This document shows positions 12,040-23,855 of a DNA stretch of 52,325 nt, piece by piece; the stretch's first letter is position 1; each line of letters begins with the position of its first letter. Under the pieces are notes generated by a model that made no database searches, was not told the DNA's origin, and saw only the letters and a program-made list of their open reading frames with translations. The position numbers and the translations under genes are program-made. The DNA is from Octopus sinensis (taxonomy: Eukaryota). Location of the stretch: positions 1 through 52,325 of the forward strand of contig NW_021836846.1 of the NCBI RefSeq assembly GCF_006345805.1, read 5' to 3'.

Positions 12040-12366
12040 TCTTTGGTCATGAATGACCATGGGATTGCACCTAGAAAGTTACTCTCCGAGGCAGAAGTCC
12101 GGTAAAGATCGTTTGTGGAAGGCTAGCAGTCACCTATGCATTTCAGCTTCCTCTCTCCACGCCACTGATGTTATCCAAAGGAAAGACAAAGGCCGATACA
12201 GTTTGGCACCCGTAACGAAGCAAATCGTTTCTACAACTGAGTTAACTGGAACAACGTGAAATAATGTGTCTTCCTCAAGGACACAACACGAAGCCCGGTC
12301 CGGGAAACGAACTCACTACCTCACGATCGTAAGCTCAACGCTCTAGCCACCGAGCCATGCGCCTCC
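12040..12366 (-). mobile_element. SINE family D, near full length
   Basis: Minus head aggcgcatggctcggtggctagagcg...gagttcgtttcccgg (A/B-box-like); tail matches 50680-50830. Confidence 0.8.
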
Positions 12367-12756
12367 GCTACTCGACATAATATACATACGTACTTATAAA
12401 TATATATATACATACATATTGATTTATATATACATTATATATATATGTGTGTGTGTTCAAGTATTAGTGAATGTGTTTGAGTGTCTGCGTGTGCTCGTGT
12501 GTGTGTATATATATATATATATATACGTATAATAATGTGTGTATGTTTGTACTTTTATAGAAGTTAACCTAATTTTTTAAGAATATATTTACTTTGTTCA
12601 GATATTTCCAAATATTTCGATTATATTACTCACGTCTGACCGTCATCACTTGCTGTATTTACCATGTCTACGTGCTTAAGCTAATCCGAAGATTTATAGA
12701 TTTGCTAAGTCCTGAATATTAACAATAACAATAAGTCGGACTGTATTCTTTTATTA

Positions 12757-13182
12757 TTTTACTTGTTTCAGTCACTTGACTGCGGCCATGCTGGAGCACC
12801 GCCTTTAGTAAAGCAAATCCACCTCAGGACTTATTGTTTGTAAGCCTAGTACTTAATGTATAGGTCTCTTTTGCCGAACCGCTAAGTTACGGGGACGTAA
12901 ACACACCAGCATCGGTTGTTAAGCAATGTTGGGGGACAAACATACACACAAACACACAGACACACACATACAAACACACACACACACACACAACACACAT
13001 ATATATATATATATATATATACAACGGGCTTGTTTCAGTTTCCGTCTATCAAATACACTCACAGGCTTTGGTCGGCCCGAGGCTATAGTAAAAAACACTT
13101 GCCCAAGGTGTCACGCTGCGGGACTGAACCCGGAACCATGTGGTTGGTAAGCAAGTTAATTGCTACACAGCCACTCTTGTAC
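12757..13182 (-). mobile_element. SINE family C, full length
   Basis: Reverse complement of 13889-14340, including the internal CA/TA microsatellite. Confidence 0.9.
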
Positions 13183-13218
13183 CTATATTATATATATATC
13201 ATATATATATATATTATA

Positions 13219-13261
<43 letters not shown>

Positions 13262-13455
13262 TACACACAACATGCACATATATTCATATATATAAATGCA
13301 TATATGCTACATGCAAGCATAGGCGTACACACACACACACACACATACACACCTAACTGTATTTATTTTTTTGACCATTTCATAATCACCCCTCAACAAA
13401 GTAGCGTTTTTGCTCATAAAATAATGAGTCTTGTAAAGAAAATTAGGAAAATGAA

Positions 13456-13494
<39 letters not shown>

Positions 13495-13856
13495 ATGAAA
13501 GCAAAGCAAAGCAAAACAAATCTAGCAAACAGATGCATAACTTTGGTGTTCTTCACTTCTTGTATTTGCGGTATTTAACGTAAATATTTGTTTACAAATG
13601 TTTACAATAAGATATAACGTGAGACACTGCTAGTTCTACTGTTTTGACGTTTTCCTTCCTTTTCAGATGTATTTTGTTTTTTTTTTGAAAGTCTAGTTTT
13701 TTACTATATTTTGTTTTTTTTCTAATTCATTTTCTTTGTTTTCATTATATTTCAGGTTCTACATTCACACAGAAGCTGGAGTGTTGTTATTCGTTGTGTT
13801 TATAATAGTGTACTCTCGTTGTGATGTTGATGATTACATGATGATACATTTGTGTG

Positions 13857-13888
<32 letters not shown>

Positions 13889-13891
<3 letters not shown>

Positions 13892-14057
13892 GCAGGAGTG
13901 GCTGTGTGGTAAGTAGCTTGTTTACGAACCACATGGTTCTGGGTTCAGTCCCACTGCGTGGCACCTTGGGTAAGTGTCTTGTACTATAGCCTCGGGCCGA
14001 CCAAAGCTTTCTGAGTGGATTTGGTTGACGGAGACTGAAAGAATCCCGTCGTATATA

Positions 14058-14130
<73 letters not shown>

Positions 14131-14340
14131 TGTGTTTGTGTATCTGTGTTTGTTCCATCCAACATTACTTGACAACCGATGCTGGTGTGTTTATGTCCCC
14201 GTCACTTAGCGGTTCGGTAAAAAGAGACCGATAGAATAAGTACTGGGCTTACAAAGAATAAGTCCTGAGGTCGAGTTGCTCGATTAAAGGCGGTGCTCCA
14301 GCATGGCCGCAGTCAAATGACTGAAAACAAGTAAAAAGAG
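13889..14340 (+). mobile_element. SINE family C, full length
   Basis: gcaggagtggctgtgtggtaag...gggttcagtcccactgcgtggcaccttggg...gcatggccgcagtcaaatgactgaaa. Confidence 0.9.
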
Positions 14341-14619
14341 TATATGCATATGTGTGTGTGTACATACATCCATCTATAAAAACGCAGGCACCGACATAAA
14401 CACACAAACACAGACAGGATGTAAAAAAAAAGGCCCGTTATCCTGATGATGAGTCTATGGAAATCTAGAATCGTTACTGAAGAATTAGAATTTTTACTGT
14501 AAGAAGCTGAATGAATCTGCTCAAACCTTGCCGAAGAAGCTAAAACCATATCACAGTTATGTAATCAATACAACGTGCTTAGCTGAGCTCTATATTCATA
14601 TATACATATAATGGACTCC

Positions 14620-15460
14620 CGTATTTACGTACGCGGTTGAAATCGATTCATGGCATTGTAGAATAGATTTCACTCTAGGAAACTCCTCAAGTTTGGTCTC
14701 TCCATGGATGATTGCAACTCCTATGGACCATAAGGCCAGCAAGGTGCTTACAATCCATTCCACTCTGATTACAAGTCACCTTATCAGCAGCAGCCCGACC
14801 ATCTTATGTGTTGGGACCTGCAGTGCTGATTGAGTCCACAGACCGACTCCACACACTCTACAACACAAGCTGTATGAGCGATCATGCTGTATATGATATT
14901 GGTTGATGGGTTCATCTCCGTAATCATGTTTGTGGTTAAGTAGGTCTACTTTTCGGAACTGGAAACGACTACACTAGGCACATGACAGAGACTGTTTCAT
15001 GCCCTTCCCAGGAAGAGAGATCTTGTCATCCATATATTTACCAGTACATTCCGGTTTAGTGCATGCAAACCTGTTCTTCTCGAATTCTTTAACACCAGTA
15101 GGAATCAGATTCTTCCACAGATCTCTGTCTGGTGCAAGATCTTCCAAGCTGTTAGTATCAATTTTGATAATTTTCAGTGAGCCCTTATTATAGAAACGCA
15201 TGCGTGGAGTGCATTGGGGGAGATTTTCTTTGCTACGGCTCACTCTGCACATTTGTTTGAGATTACAGATGTTCTCTAACCAGTACCGTCTAAGTTGGTG
15301 TTTCATATACTGAAGACGCATACTTTTCACCAACAATCACATGAGCAGGAAATCTTCAGGATATTACACAAGCACATGAGTGAGATATCTTGAGGATATT
15401 TCGCAAGCAGCGCTGGTTGAATCACTCAAGACTTTGGATATGCCTGCAGTAGGTTGCCCA
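14620..15460 (-). mobile_element. RTE-clade LINE remnant
   Basis: ORF 14974-15336: PRMRFYNKGSLKIIKIDTNSLEDLAPDRDLWKNLIPTGVKEFEKNR, the RTE C-terminal RT/thumb signature. Confidence 0.75.
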
Positions 15461-15879
15461 GACAACATTATACATACGTACACACATACATATAAATACC
15501 CACACACACTCGCACACATACAAATATACCTTGATGTATGTATGTATGTATGTATGTATGTATGTATGTATGTATGTATGTATGTATGTATGTATGCATG
15601 CATGTATGTATGTTAAGATATGCTTCATAGACCTCAACTTTCGTTGCTGCTACGATATTTCATTGATGCGTAAATGCAAACATACATGTATACAAACACG
15701 CATATATGCAGGTAGCCTTTCGCAGAGATAGAGATGGTAGTTGCAATTTCCAGGTTCGTAAGACTGGACCCTGTTAGTAAATGTTCCATTCTAATGATCA
15801 TGTAGTCTCCAAATGACGTGGAACAAGAAAGTGGCGTTTTCGCTTTCTCTGCACCCGAGGAGCGCATATGTTGTCATAA

Positions 15880-16880
15880 CCTTTTCTTAAAATCCTTGGC
15901 TGTCATGCCCGTGTAGTGAATTTTATACCAACGGATCGTTTGAGGGTGGCTTTATAGACTACGACCTTTGAGTGATAGGATTCTTCCAGTAGACAGTTGG
16001 TAGAATTTCAGAGTATTACATGTTGGGATATGGTGTTGGAGGCGATGTAGTGAGTGCTTGCATCTAATGTAACGTGCAGTGTTTGAAGCAATGCTAAATA
16101 AGGAAAAACTGCCCTGAAGATTGTGGTGATTGAATGTTTATCATACCTATGGGAGATTTTTTTAACTGGAGTCGAGGACCTTCTAGCTATATTACTTGAA
16201 ACTTCTCGGTTATCTTATTTTCGGATCCGCAGGAAGAGGTGGAATGTCCTCCATGTTTACTAACTTATCGGTGAGTCCACTTGTCGCCAATGCCTCGCTG
16301 TGACTCTAATGATCTTTCTGCCCGCTGATAGTTTAGAGGTTCTTCTACGTATGATTGTTACTAGGTTTCTAATTACAGCGGGTAAATGGTTGGAATTTCT
16401 ATGGATGTTAAACAGTTTCATCATTGAGGTTTCTGTAAGGGTGTTACTTGCCCATCTTTAAGTCTAGGGCTACACCTAGAAGTCGACCTTTGTCAGCTTG
16501 GTTGTATCTATTATAGATAGTCCGAATTGTTTGAAGATCTTTATCAGATCCTCCTAATCTTTTATCCATTACGTGTCCGTTCATATGGATTGAGATTGTC
16601 AGACTATCACAGTACACACACTCCTTCCGGTGTAGATATAGGGTAAACTCCACCTCCCTCTTCATCTGGAGACACCGCGACCACCCAAGCGACTCTCCCA
16701 GCATCAAAAGAAAATCATTGACAAATTTGGTGAACGTCGAACGACTAGCATCGACATCCCTTCCATGTGCGATAATCAAAACACGGAATTGATGTCGCTG
16801 GATACACAATCAAATAATCTGTCACGAAAGTGACGCCAGTATCCTGCCGACATCCTGTCCGAGCAAGCGGATAAAATAGC
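15880..16880 (-). mobile_element. L1/Tx1-like LINE, RT region remnant
   Basis: ORF 16444-16809 contains DLQTIRTIYNRYNQADKGRLLGVALDLK, resembling the degenerate RT ALI.LD..KAFD region; multiple stops nearby. Confidence 0.55.
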
Positions 16881-17089
16881 TGGTGTCGCTTTCCTAGCAT
16901 TAACTCTACTTGAACAAAGCTGAAAATAGAGGACTAATATCTAATATGTATATATATATGTGTGTGTATATGTATATATATATATAGATATATGGGCTTA
17001 TATATGTATATATATGTATATATATGTGTGTATATATAAGTATGTATATATATGCATATATATGTATGTATATGTATATGTATATATAT

Positions 17090-17335
17090 GCAGGCGTGGT
17101 GTAGCTGTGTGCTAAGAAGCTTGCTTCCCAGCCACATGGTTCCGGGTTCAGACCCACTGCGTGGCACCTTGGTCAAGTGTCTTCTACCATAGCCTTCGGC
17201 CGACCAAAGCCATATCAGCGGATTTGGTTGACGGAAACTGAAAGAAGTTTGTCCTATATATAGATATTTATTTGTGAGTGTGTGTATTTGTGTCTGTGTT
17301 TGTTCCACCCACACTATCACATTAGCCTGTATGAT
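17090..17335 (+). mobile_element. SINE family C, 5' part
   Basis: gcaggcgtggtgtagctgtgtgctaagaagcttgcttcccagccacatggttccgggttcagacccactgcgtggcacc. Confidence 0.85.
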
Positions 17336-17576
17336 TAAACACATAAGTCTATTTATAGACACTTGACCATTCGTAGTATTTTTCCCTTCCGTTTTGAGGT
17401 TTACTACTCATTTTAGAACCCCCACTTCTATACCTTTTTTCTGTACCCATCCCTTAGTGCTATTCTAACATATCACACACCTCACACATATTCATTACTT
17501 ACATTCGTATCACTTCCTACCCCCTACACCTCTCTCATCCCAGCTCATAATATCCTTTTGAGAAAAAGAAGTCAGA

Positions 17577-17781
17577 TTTGGGGAAAAAATCCTTTTATTT
17601 CTCCATTATTGTTAGCGCTTTCGTACCTTTCTAGAACTTGTCTAATAAAATTATGTGAATGTTCAAACAGTTTGTTCATTTATATAAAACAGATGTTTTT
17701 GTGGGGTTTTGTTTAGAAAAGAATATTGTTATTGTTTTTTGGGTGAGGTTCCATGATAATCGCGATAGATAGAAATATAGG

Positions 17782-17859
<78 letters not shown>

Positions 17860-18087
17860 TCAACCTATCTACCTACCTATATTTCTATCTATCTATCTCC
17901 ATTGTCATGGAACCTCATCCCAAAAAACAAAAACAATGTTCTCTTCTAAACAACCCCCACCAAAAAACATCTGTTTTATATAAATGAACAAGCTGTTTAT
18001 ACATTCACATAATTTTATTTGACAAGTTCGAAAAAGGAACGAAAGCGCTATAATAATAATGAAGAAATAAAAGGATTTTTCCCGAAA
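17577..18087. mobile_element. Inverted pair of Penelope-like pseudo-LTR-type repeats around (GATA)n
   Basis: About 17577-17785 is the inverse of about 17862-18087 with scattered mismatches; each arm has a minimal HHR-like motif; central (GATA)n. Confidence 0.65.
18011..18056 (+). ncRNA. Minimal type I hammerhead ribozyme motif, U3-A8 variant
   Basis: TTGACAA-GTTC-gaaaaag-GAAC-GAAA-GCGC-TA: core with U3/A8, 4-bp stem II, palindromic AGCGCT stem III; stem I weak. Confidence 0.6.
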
Positions 18088-18162
18088 TTCTATCGACTTT
18101 TTTTCCTCAATATTGAATTTCTGTACATCACACCTAATACTCTATATACATACACACGCACA

Positions 18163-18206
<44 letters not shown>

Positions 18207-18224
18207 CACACACATATAGGGGGA

Positions 18225-18260
<36 letters not shown>

Positions 18261-18882
18261 AAGAGATAGAGAGAAAGAAAAAGAGAGAGAGAGGAAGATA
18301 TATATTCTTCAGAAGCAAAGCTGGACGTGAGGGTGCGAGTGGGGAGTCTTCCCCGAGAGACGCTTTCACTGGGTGTATGGGAGTGGCACACACTCTGGCT
18401 ACGCCGCTGATATTCTTTCTTTTGCTCTATTAATAGTCCCAGTCCGTAGCTACGTCCATGATGGAGTACCACCTGTAAATTTATGTATTCTATCGACATT
18501 ATTTAACTTTTGGTGAATAAATGAATTTAATGCCGCTATTTTCATTTGCGATCCTTACTGTGATATTGGTTCGTCTGCAATACAAGCAAGACCGGTATCC
18601 AGGTGCTTCTTGAAAATATTTAGATCTGTTTTCCTTGAAAAATGTAAAAAATACGCCCCTGACAAAACTATACCGTCCATTCAGACTTCGCATCGTAGAC
18701 CTATGAAAAATAGGTGAAATAGGATTGGGTGATGTTTATACCTTAAAAAAGATAGTTTTTTGTGTTAAAAAATCTACCCAGGAATCGAAACTGGATTGAG
18801 GAATTGATTCACTACAGTATGAAACAATGGAAAGAATAAATGGTATTTGTCTGATAAAGATGGCGATTTACATTGCTGATGA

Positions 18883-19380
18883 ATCTAGTTGAATTAACGG
18901 TTCCTCATGGAGATAACATGGACGCCGCTCAGGCTCGAAAGATTGACCGTTATGTAAACATCCTCGAGGAATGTGAAGACGCAGTCTGGAAAGCGGAACA
19001 TTTTGCAATCGAAGTCGGACGTAGGGGATTCGTTGGACACAGTGTGAAGGTCTGTTGTTTTCGTTAGGCCTAACTCATCGTAAAGCAAATACCACCATGA
19101 ACTATATCCAAAATACAGTGGAAAAGGCTAACCCCTGGATTTGGTTTAAAAGAGACGATGGGCGATGTCTAGAAGAATATTGTGCTATATCTGATAATCA
19201 GCTGATTTAACAAGCAGGGCCTCGTGTCAGTGTGGGGGACCGGTGCGCTATGATGCCGTCGAGAGGTAGGTCCCGAAACGGTGCGCGTTCTCACCTGATG
19301 ACTCTATACACTTGCTGGCTTCCGGTATGAGGAGCTTTCAACTGGTGGCACTTACATGTGCAAGTTGTTTGCAAAACGTC
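18883..19380 (+). mobile_element. HERO-like RLE non-LTR retrotransposon, 3' fragment
   Basis: LVELTVPHGDNMDAAQARKIDRYVNILEECEDAVWKAEHFAIEVGRRGFVGHSV, then after a frameshift ...NTVEKANPWIWFKRDDG. Confidence 0.85.
19254..19306 (+). ncRNA. Rearranged (non-circularly permuted) hammerhead-like motif in HERO 3' UTR
   Basis: tgccGTC-gagagg-taggtccc-GAAAcggtg-cgcgt-tctcac-CTGATGA-ctcta; stems III and I form across the swapped core halves. Confidence 0.5.
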
Positions 19381-19589
19381 TACCTTAAAAAAGAACGTTT
19401 TTGGTGTTAAAAAAGTCTTCCCGGGAATCGAAATCGGATTGAAGAATTGATTCACTACAGTATGAAACAATGGAAAGAATAAATGGTATTTGTCTGATAA
19501 AGATGGCGATATACATAGCTGATGTGAACCAAGGTGATGAAGATAATCCAAAGACAATGAATTGAATTATGAATCAGCTAATATGTTTA

Positions 19590-19770
19590 TTGATCGATAT
19601 CGTAGTGATGTGGAAAAAGCTACTACTCTTGACAGCTCACCAAATCAGCATCTAACGTCTCACTAATCTGTCAAGTCAAATCATTTAATCTGACAGCATG
19701 GCGGCGTTCCACTTTCGTTTATCTTAGTCGCCATCTTTCTCCAACTACAACAACGTTACTCGCATTGTTT
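19590..19770. promoter_or_regulatory. CpG-enriched possible promoter with opposed YY1-like motifs
   Basis: CATGGCGGCG (19697-19706, +) and AAGATGGCG (minus, 19729-19737); minus-strand G|GTGAGC donor-like site at 19641/19640. Confidence 0.25.
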
Positions 19771-19999
19771 CACCGATACAGTATCTTAATGCTAATAATT
19801 TCTTTCATTGCTGACAGCAAAAGACTTATATATTTTAGGGTAGAGTGGCTGTACAGATGACCTTGTTGGTGTTCTACGGGGTAATTAACCGAGAGTCATT
19901 CACGTGGAGGGTCAAGCCTGGTCCCTAAGTTATTATACGTAAAAGTATTATGCTAGCTTCAATTATCTCCATATTTACTGAATATAGAAGATAGTAAGT

Positions 20000-20390
20000 G
20001 TGGGGAAGAAGTTTCCTTGCCAAGCATAAGGTCTCGGTTTCAGCCTCAATGCACAGTACTTTGGGCAAATGTCTTCTATAGCTCTAAACCAATCAATGCT
20101 TTGTGAGTGAATTTGATAGACGTAGTTTCTGTGGAAGCCGTCGTGTGTGTATGGTATGTGTGTGGGTATTTGCGTATGTCTTTGTGCTTGTGTTTGTCCA
20201 CTCCTACTGCTTGAGAACCGGCGTTGGACTGTCTACAACCCCGTAACTTAGCGGTTCGGCAAAAGGAGAAAGCAGAATAAGTACTAGACTAAAAAAATAG
20301 GTTCAGGGATCGAATTGTTCGTGCAAAACTTTTTAAGGCGGTGTCCCAGCATGGCCGCACTCCAGTGACTGAAACAAGTCAAATGTAAAC
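20000..20390 (+). mobile_element. SINE family C, diverged
   Basis: Retains cccgtaacttagcggttcggcaaa and gcatggccgc...gactgaaacaag. Confidence 0.8.
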
Positions 20391-20480
20391 TGTGATAGAT
20401 GTAAAGACTAATTCAATCAGCTGATATTACGACTAAACACTCATCACCGTAACCGACGGAGATCCATTATATATATATAT

Positions 20481-20941
20481 GCCAACTAAGTGTGGCGTCC
20501 TATATAGGACAGTGCTACTGTTGTCTATAGCCCTAGGAAGACAACTTCTTCAGCTGGCATATGACACAGGGTCTGTGTCCGATTAGGATTTGCGAGGGGT
20601 AGGGTTTCATCGCACCCATCTCTAGCCTTACGTGGTGTACACGGACTCGAGTTTCTGGGTGGTTATCTGTTTTCAGCGCGTGTTAATCACTAGCTAGTGA
20701 TGAAAGCTCATTCCACTCGCAAACCACTTCATACTTTTCTCGCGACTCACTGTCGCTGGTCTCGTAAAAGAGAGAGATACGTTATATTAAATCTTTGAGC
20801 AAGAGATATAAACAGTAACGGTACGGAATTGTAACATATATTTGCCAACTAAGTGTGGCGTCCGATACAGGACAGTGCTACTGTTGTTTATAGCCCCAGG
20901 AAGACATCTCCTCTAGCTGGCTAATGACACGCAGTCTATGT
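20481..20941 (+). repeat. Two copies of an about 100-bp unclassified repeat
   Basis: gccaactaagtgtggcgtcc...ggacagtgctactgttgt.tatagccc.aggaagaca at 20481 and 20844. Confidence 0.8.
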
Positions 20942-21302
20942 CACTTCCACACACGTCAGCTTAATCTAATTCGTCCTTAGTCGAAAGACACCTGTTGTTT
21001 GCATTTGTATTTGTGTACCATTTCTCCGTTTGTTTTCCACCCTTGTTTTCATATACATTCGCTGGTTTCTTACAAGGAATCTAGTGCTCTTAGCTTAGAT
21101 TTTCCTTGGGGCTGGCCAGATTGGATCAGTCTTGAGTATAACCAGCCGAAACTGCAAAGATAATCTGGAACTCGACTGAGGAAAGAAAACTCCGAATGAC
21201 CCGTCCTTGTTTTTTACTTGTTCCTTTTTTGTATCATGTAAATGCCTGGATGTTTTGCGCTCTTGTCCCATATTTTTGTATTCTGATATATATATCAATT
21301 AG

Positions 21303-21333
<31 letters not shown>

Positions 21334-21674
21334 TATATATATATTATTATATATATATATACATACACACATACGAAAAGGGGTGCTAAATAGTTCCTGG
21401 TGTTGGGTAAAAGAAAATACGGGAGGATCCGTTAAGATTTTATTCAACATATTCTCCTCTCAGATTCACACACTTATTCTAAGCCCTGTAAAAGAACTCA
21501 GGATCATTCCATCATACTGCACGGCATCTCGAACAAATGTCTTCTACCATAGCATCATGTCGACTAAACTCCTGTTAATGAAATTTGGTCAGCGTAAATT
21601 ATTTGGAATTTTATTTGAGTGACCATTTCTGTTTTCAGATGGGAAGACTAATTTTTCTGTCGGTCTTTTGGTAC

Positions 21675-22472
21675 CAGGGCCGTCGCTAAGCCCCTGCAAC
21701 CCTCTACGGTTGAGGGGGCCCCGTATTGATTTCTTTATTTCCAACTGGGAGCTAAACATAGAGGAGACAAACAAGGACAGACAAAAGGATTAAATCGATT
21801 ACTTTGACCCCAGTGCGTAGCTGGTACTTATTTAATCGACCCTGAAAGGATGAAAGGCAAAGTCGATCTCGGCGGAATTTGGACTCCGAACGTAACGGAA
21901 GACGAAAAACCACTAAGCATTTCACCCGGTGTGCTAACGATTCTACCAGCTCGCCGCCCTATATTAAGATCAAAGTACATAGATGAATCATTTATTTACT
22001 TTGGTTAAGATGCTGAACAAGGACTATCAATGTTAACTGAAAATTTCAAGAAATAAAATGGTAATACATTGTACCTGCAAAAGTTCTTATAAAAATATTA
22101 CATTGTACTACGAACGTGTACCATACTTTCTGGTCTGTCTATGATATCAATTGAACATGAACTTAGCTCTCAGCTTGATTATTCTGAATTGATCAATGTT
22201 TGTCGTTGAAAGTTGGCTGGATTATAAAAGTACTCTTTTATTCATATCTGGAAGTTTTACTTATTGAAATTCGTAATAGGCCTAAATGAATTTAACTTGT
22301 TGAATTTTTTTAAAGATGTTCTTTGGGATAACGTGAAATATTGAACTTCAGATTGAATAAAGTAAAATACAGCTATGAATAAAAGGTGCATAGATTATGA
22401 ATTTTGACTGAAGGGATGGGGCCTCGAAACAAAATGTTGCAGGGGTCCTCTAAAAGTCACGCGACGGAGCTG
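21675..22472 (+). mobile_element. Non-autonomous hAT element with nested SINE B (21770-21960, minus)
   Basis: Termini cagggccgtcgc / gcgacggagctg (10/12); 8-bp TSD tttggtac/tttagtac; internal LSGLSMISIEHELSSQLDYSELIN resembles a hAT C-terminal dimerisation region. Confidence 0.8.
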
Positions 22473-23509
22473 TTTAGTACCTTTAGAGGAAGTTTGCTCA
22501 GCTCTAATAATGTTCCACAACTGAGTCATAGCTTCACAGTCTCGGAGATCCTATAAAAGTTTTTCGGCTCTGTCCTTTTCATTTGTATTTTTTTTTGTCT
22601 ATATCATTAAAAGAATAATAATAAAATAGGCAAAATGAAATAAGTAAAAAACAGAAAAACTATTGTGTGATTGTATAAATGTCTGTGTTTATGTTAGTTG
22701 ATATATTTGTGTCTTAATGCACATGAGCCAGCTGGAATCTGGCAGGTGTGTGAGCTAAGTACAATGTTATGAGACAGATTGTTTATAAATACTTAAATGA
22801 TTCAGTAGAGTTGTGTCTAAGCGTTACTGAATCAGGTACTTAACTGCTGGTATATTATGCATTAATGCTATTTAGTTAAGATATTGTAGTTAAGTTTACA
22901 TAGCTTGTTACTATTATAAAGCACATACACCTAATATGACTACATAGATACATTTATAGATGGTTTAGAGAAGCATATGTGAAAGTATCAGTGTGAGTGA
23001 GTGTTTCTGCTTCACAGACGCCTACAACACAATGAACATCGAACCAATTCAAACCCTCCTTTCGTAGTTTATAGTGTACATTAACAGACAGGATGGTCAC
23101 GATTGGAATGCTTTTTAATCATAGATCAGGATTGACAACGTTTAAACAACAAAAACATCTGGTTTTCAGATTTATTTATCACGTAAGTCCTCATAGCCAC
23201 TTATGTAAAGTGAGTCTATTCTACTGTAATTATTTAGTCTACTTTGGCACAGCTCAGCATTTTTACACGTCATTTTCTCCCATCCCTAACAGTCGTAAAA
23301 ATATACCTTGCGTTACGGAAAGCTGCTCTCTAGAATCTTGCTGTAACGTAGATTTTCCATTGTTTTTTCAAGTTACAAATTGAGATTCTGACAGAAATTT
23401 TCTGAGTAAAATATAATACAGCCACTTACATGCATGAAGATAACAATTTTAAACCGACAGGAAGATAAATACATACATTCAAAGATTTGAAGAGAAACAC
23501 ACAAATATA

Positions 23510-23855
23510 GGCGCCGGCGTGGCTGTGTGGTAAGAAGCTTGCTTCCATTACCATATGGTTCCGGGTTCATTCCCACTGCATGGCGCTGTGGGTAAATGTC
23601 TTCTATTATAGCATCGGCCCGACCAAAACTTTGCGAGTGGATCTAATAGGCGGAAACTGAAAGAATCCCGATGTATATATATATATTATATGCGTATGTG
23701 CGTGTCTTTGTGTCTGTGTTTGTCCCTCACCAACGCTTGACAACCGGTGCTGGTATGTTTATAGAACAGACCGATAAATTAAATACCAGGCTGTTAAAAA
23801 AACCAAGTGCTGGGGTCAAATTGTTCGGCTAAAATTCTTCAATGCGGTGCCCCAG
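23510..23855 (+). mobile_element. SINE family C
   Basis: ggcgccggcgtggctgtgtggtaagaagcttgcttcc...gcggtgccccagca. Confidence 0.85.

Larger units (their letters stand above)
18739..19524. repeat. About 143-bp direct repeat flanking a HERO-like insert
   Basis: 18739-18881 vs 19381-19524: about 11 differences, with a central identical block of about 65 bp. Confidence 0.9.

Noticed and set aside
19326-19390. YEELSTGGTYMCKLF resembling the FtsJ/cap methyltransferase GG.F..K.F motif
   Set aside because: Short match inside a retroelement 3' UTR, followed by stops; downstream motif spacing is wrong.
23040-23190. Possible + exon ending at CAC|GTAAGT (23182)
   Set aside because: Several competing weak acceptors, an unrecognisable peptide, and no partner exon.
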